This document shows, in pieces, positions 59,743-64,000 of a DNA stretch of 64,000 nucleotides. This DNA is from Oopsacas minuta (Eukaryota > Animalia > Porifera), in contig JAKMXF010000188.1 of NCBI GenBank assembly GCA_024704765.1, forward strand, positions 124,001 to 188,000. The letters are read 5' to 3'. Position 1 is the first letter of the stretch, and each line of letters opens with the position of its first letter. The position numbers and the translations under genes are program-made. The notes beneath the pieces are model-generated. The model was given only the letters and a program-made list of their open reading frames with translations. It was not told the DNA's origin and ran no database searches.

Positions 59743-61930
59743 ACAGGCCTACAAAAAATGTTATATTACAGTTGTTTATATTTTGATCACTGATTTAGAC
59801 TAATTTAGGTGCGCTGATTCTGAATATCTCCTCAGTTTTTTCTTATCACGTCAGGTTTTTGCACAAGCATATAGCTACATTTTCAGAAAAATTTCTATTT
59901 TTGCCAAAAATTCATCATGATTACATATTACAACAATAACATTATGTACATAGTATTTATATTCAAATAGTCTTATTTGCTTATTGGTTTTTAGCTAGTC
60001 TGTTATTCTTTTTTGTTGATATGTCGAAGAGAAAGTGTTTCAATTCTCCAGACATTTTTTTTGTTATATTTGTGGTTTCTATACTCCGAAACCTCAGATG
60101 CAGAATATCACTAAATTTGTGAATAGAGCTTACCATGCGTATTTCAAAGTTAAGCTGGGCGACCAGGACAAAAGTTGGGCACCTCATAAGGTCTGTAAAT
60201 CTTGTGTAGAATTATTGAGGTCTTGGAGTAAGGGTAAAGAGAAACACCTTCCTTTCGGAATTCCTATGATTTGGAGAGAATCAAAAAATCATTTCGATGA
60301 TTGTTATTTCTGCATGGTAAATGTTATGGCCTGCAAAAAAAGTGATAGACACCTGCTGAATTAGCCAAATTTAGAATCTGTTATTCGACCAGTCCCTCAT
60401 TGTAGTGATCTACCTGTACCAATATTCACAGAGTTTCTCGGACTCTATGATGATGAAGATGGTGCCAATTTGGAAGAAGTCAATGATCATGACTATGAAT
60501 ATGATGTTGATTTTCAAGGTCCTTCCTCGGAGCCTTCTCTCTTTAACCAAGCGGAATTGAATGATTTAATTCGTGACCTTGACCTCTCGAAAGAATCTTC
60601 TGAGTTGCTTGCATCTAGATTGAAAGAAAAGAATCTACTCCATCAAGGAACAAAGGTAACATTATATCGTTACAGGGAGCAAGAGTTTCAACAGTATTTC
60701 TGCGAAAAGAATGGTTTGGTGTTTTATCCCTAATGTTGAGGGTCTTCTACTGGCAATGGGAGTTCCGAACTACAATCCAAGTGACTGGAGGCTGTTTATT
60801 GACAGCTCCAAAAGGAGTCTGAAATGTGTACTACTCCATAAATGGAAATATATTCGGTTCAATTCCTATAGGATATTCAGTTAAACTCAAAGAGTACAAT
60901 AATGTGAAAGAGATATTAGAGATTATTAACTACTCTGTACATGATTGGGTCATCTGTGTTGATCTCAAAATGGTCAACTTTCTATTAGGACAACAATCTG
61001 GGTTCACTAAGTACCCCTGTTTTCTTTGTTATTGGGACAGTAGAGATAGGAACCAGCATTGGATAAGGGAAAAGTGGCCTCCGAGAGAATGTTTGAAGGT
61101 TGGGGATAAAAATGTAATTAATAACCCTCTGGTACATACAAATAAAATAATTCTACCTCCTCTCCACATTAAGCTTAGTTTAATGAAGCAATTCATCAAA
61201 GCACTGGATAAAGACAGATATTGTTTCAAGTATATCCGAAATTATTTTCCAGAAATCAGTGAAGTGAAGAGAAGAAAAAGGCAGGGATATTTGAAGGTCC
61301 ACAGATTCGCAAGTTACTTAGGGACAACAGCTTCAAAGATTCAATGAACGAGGAAGAGAAGAGAGCGTGGCAGGCTTTCTCTAATGTCGTTTCTAATTTC
61401 CTTGGTAATAAAAAGGCATCCAACTACAAAGAACTAGTCACAGAGTTAGTCGACAGCTGTCATGCTCTTGGCTGTAATATGAGTATTAAAATTCATTATT
61501 TGAGAGACCATCTTGATAGATTTCCGGATAATCTAGGTGATATGAGTGAAGAACAAGGTGAATGATTCCATCAAGACACATAAAAGTGATGGAACAGCGA
61601 TATCAAGGAAGATGAGGCACACATATGATAGCAGATTACTGTTGGTGTCTAAAAAGGGATTGTCCTAACGAACAACAATCAAGAATGTCAAACAAGAGAA
61701 AATCTTTAGATTGAATAGTGCTCATATTACATGTCTATAGTATCACTTTCTTCCATTCATATTAGTAACAATTATATCATTATTCTTAGTGAATGAAATA
61801 TTGATAATTTTAGAAATTTAATTGATCCAATCTAACATATAAGGGTTGAAACCAATTTCGTTCTATAAATGTAGTAATAGGATTGTGAGATAACTTGACG
61901 TATTAGGGATATGTGTATTCTCTAATACTA
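59743..61930 (+). mobile_element. Chapaev3-like (CMC) transposon remnant with a fragmented transposase
   Basis: FCYICG...AYHAYF.VKLGDQDKSWAPHKVCKSC...WRE.KNHFDDCYFC; in-frame TAG then PNLESVIRPVPH; FNQAELNDLIRDL.LSKESSELLASRLKE; VDLKMVNFLLGQQSGFTKYPCFLC.WDSR; PPLHIKL; LG.MSEEQGE. Several stops and frameshifts. Boundaries and superfamily call are from memory of the family. Confidence 0.75.
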
Positions 61931-61962
61931 TTCATATATTGTGTAATCTCTTGTTTACTGTC

Positions 61963-62062
61963 TAGTTTGTTTAACGAATGCCTACATATATACGTAGTTT
62001 GTTTAACGAATGCCTACATATATACGTAGTTTGTTTAACGAATGCCTATATATACGTAGTTT
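61963..62062. repeat. 32-bp tandem repeat, ~3 copies of TAGTTTGTTTAACGAATGCCTACATATATACG
   Basis: Two exact units, a third lacking 2 nt, and a partial fourth. Confidence 0.98.
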
Positions 62063-62114
62063 CTCATTAACATGTTAGTAAATTGTAGTATTATTTCAAT
62101 TTTAGTTGTTATTC

Positions 62115-63851
62115 ATGGATTACAAACGTGTTTTCTTTGCTATAATGAGATATCTCCTGCTACTTTTAACATTCAACCTATTACTCAGGACATATAGTCT
62201 GTCTGATGAGCAGATACACAGACTTGAGGCAGGTAACCATACTATGCAACAAGTCAACAGGACTATACTTATTGCAGTGTTAGCCAGGAATGTAGAACAC
62301 TTGTTACCGACATTTTTCGGGTATCTAGAGAGACAGGATTACGCTAAAGATCGTATATCCTTCTGGATATACTCAGACCACAACATAGACGCTACTGGGG
62401 AAGTACTGAAGGAATGGGCCCTGGGAGCCAGTAGGGAGTATCACAGTATTCAGTTGACTGTATCAGATGAATGGAACATTACTGATCAAACTAATCCCTG
62501 GGAATGGACCGAGCAGAGGATGATACATGTCTCCACTCTCCGTCAATCTGCTCTAGACTATGCCCTGTCCTCTTGGGCAGATTATATCTTATTTCTAGAC
62601 ACAGACGTGTTCTTATGCAATCCACACACCATCTCCGATCTGGTAGAGGCTAGGGTTAGAGGAATAGCTCCCTTCATGACTGTAGGCTTTGAGAAACTAT
62701 TCAGTAACTTCTGGGGTTCTCTCTCTGATAAAGGCTACTACAAACGAAGTGAAAACTATGTAGATATTCTAATGCGGGACAATATCGGTAGGTTTCGTGT
62801 TCCTATCATCCATTCATCAGTGCTCCTGGACCTCAGAGACACGCGTACAAGGAAGCTACGCTACTGGCCTCCTCCTCCCCATTTCCATGAGTTCTATTCA
62901 CGAATAGAGGATACACTGATTATGCTGGTGTGTGCAGCTCAGCAGGGTGTAGACTTATACGTCACTAATAATAGGATATATGGTCATATGATAATCCCTA
63001 TAGAATACTACACTCTCAAACATGCCAGAGATTACTTCCTAGACTTTAGTATTGAGAATCTAGTAGATTATCCTCCTATCCCATACAGTACTCATATCAA
63101 ATCTGCTCCTGCTACCTCTCCAGACACTCTTGGTGTAGATAAGATATTCGTGATTAATCTGGAGAGACGGCCGGAGAGGAGAGAGAGAATGAAAGCTGCT
63201 CTGAAGTTGTTGAATATAGATTACGAGTTGTTCTCAGCTTTAGACGGGAGGCAGTTAAATGAGAGCTATTTGGAGGAACTTCAAGTCAATATGTTACCTG
63301 GCTGGAGAGACCCCTGGGGATCTCGACCCATCACCTACGGAGAGATAGGCTGCTTCCTGAGTCACTACTTCATCTGGGAAAGAGTAGTGAAAGAAGAGAT
63401 AAGTACTGTAATCGTGCTAGAAGATGACATCCGATTCAGTAGCGGATTCAGGAATAGGTTCTCTGAACTGATGAGTGAGGTTAAGAGTTTGTCTCTGGAC
63501 TGGGACCTCATTTATTTAGGCCGCAAACGGTTAGTCAAGGGTGAGCCCTTTGTGACAGGTAGCCGTCATCTGGTTCACCCTGACTACACCTATTGGACGG
63601 TGGGATACATGATATCAATTAGAGGAGCTAAGAAACTATTAGCTCAGGAACCATTGAGAAATATAATGGCTGTTGATGAGTATCTACCCATTATGTTTGA
63701 TAAACATCCACGAAAAGATTGGTCCCAGAAGTTCCATCCTCGTGATTTGAAGGTGTACTCTGTTGAGCCTCTAGTATTGGAGCCTACACACTTCGTAGGA
63801 GATAAGTATTACTTTACTGATACTGAACCCTACCAAACTCCAGAATCATAA
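62115..63851 (+). CDS. COLGALT1: Procollagen galactosyltransferase (GT25), intronless
   Basis: ILIAVLARN...DRISFWIYSDHNID...LRQSAL...DYILFLDTD...FSNFWG...IFVINLERRPERRERM...GEIGCFLSHY..W...LEDDIRF...DLIYLGRKRL...VDEYLP. First ATG at 62115. Confidence 0.96.
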   Translation: MDYKRVFFAIMRYLLLLLTFNLLLRTYSLSDEQIHRLEAGNHTMQQVNRTILIAVLARNVEHLLPTFFGYLERQDYAKDRISFWIYSDHNIDATGEVLKEWALGASREYHSIQLTVSDEWNITDQTNPWEWTEQRMIHVSTLRQSALDYALSSWADYILFLDTDVFLCNPHTISDLVEARVRGIAPFMTVGFEKLFSNFWGSLSDKGYYKRSENYVDILMRDNIGRFRVPIIHSSVLLDLRDTRTRKLRYWPPPPHFHEFYSRIEDTLIMLVCAAQQGVDLYVTNNRIYGHMIIPIEYYTLKHARDYFLDFSIENLVDYPPIPYSTHIKSAPATSPDTLGVDKIFVINLERRPERRERMKAALKLLNIDYELFSALDGRQLNESYLEELQVNMLPGWRDPWGSRPITYGEIGCFLSHYFIWERVVKEEISTVIVLEDDIRFSSGFRNRFSELMSEVKSLSLDWDLIYLGRKRLVKGEPFVTGSRHLVHPDYTYWTVGYMISIRGAKKLLAQEPLRNIMAVDEYLPIMFDKHPRKDWSQKFHPRDLKVYSVEPLVLEPTHFVGDKYYFTDTEPYQTPES

Positions 63852-64000
63852 AGCCCGAAATAATTTGTGTTAATCGTGTATATTATAACTGGATTGTTTA
63901 ATTTGTTATATGTGAGTAATTTTGTTGAGCGATTTAATATTTTTGAATTTCATCAGTGATGAGCATAGGATATGTTGTATTTTACTTTTCTTCAAATATT

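Noticed and set aside
5077-63851. Many short antisense or overlapping ORFs (e.g. 5105, 5643, 16711, 23634, 45659, 52729, 58529)
   Set aside because: They are shadows of real genes on the opposite strand or in another frame, with no independent motifs.
1-64000. tRNA, rRNA, snRNA or SL-RNA genes; selenocysteine recoding
   Set aside because: No recognisable tRNA cloverleaf, U1/U2/U6, 5S or 7SL signature was seen by eye. In-frame TGA/TAA occur only in decayed elements or at splice donors. An SL RNA cannot be recognised without knowing the leader.
1-64000. Prokaryotic or viral origin of the intronless genes
   Set aside because: The products are metazoan-type proteins, several neighbours have GT-AG introns with consistent phases, and eukaryotic DNA transposons are interspersed.

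Overview
An AT-rich, intron-poor animal genome segment. The host is inferred, not shown, to be a glass sponge (Hexactinellida, Oopsacas/Aphrocallistes-like), from mostly intronless metazoan housekeeping genes, a divergent TRAF-like gene, a nested gene and dense DNA transposons. About 20 host genes are recognisable: GFM1 exon 1, MIOS, an SLC52 riboflavin transporter, TMEM17, FBXO36, UBE2J1, MINDY, CMTR2, ATG10, a two-exon coiled-coil gene with a TRAF-like gene in its intron, RPP38, ZFYVE19-like, a DsbA-like protein, an SLC6 transporter, a three-exon TKL kinase, a LEM-domain exon, a two-exon GGT, TTLL9 and COLGALT. Intergenic and intronic DNA holds two mariners, a hAT, a Chapaev3-like remnant, a pogo remnant, a decayed OTU-protease ORF, many MITEs, two minisatellites and one 516-N gap. 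The most striking pattern is organisational. Eighteen consecutive host genes (3.2-55.8 kb) lie on the minus strand, followed by a divergent switch. In 16 genes a 3' splice-acceptor-like AG, usually after a T/pyrimidine-rich tract, lies 1-10 nt before the start ATG. This fits long co-transcribed units resolved by spliced-leader trans-splicing; 5'-UTR cis-introns are the alternative. Other leads are a CMTR2 with an internal G-patch and a CMTR1-like second domain, and a DVG-type TKL kinase resembling a green-algal family. No database searches were run, so all family calls rest on motif recognition.
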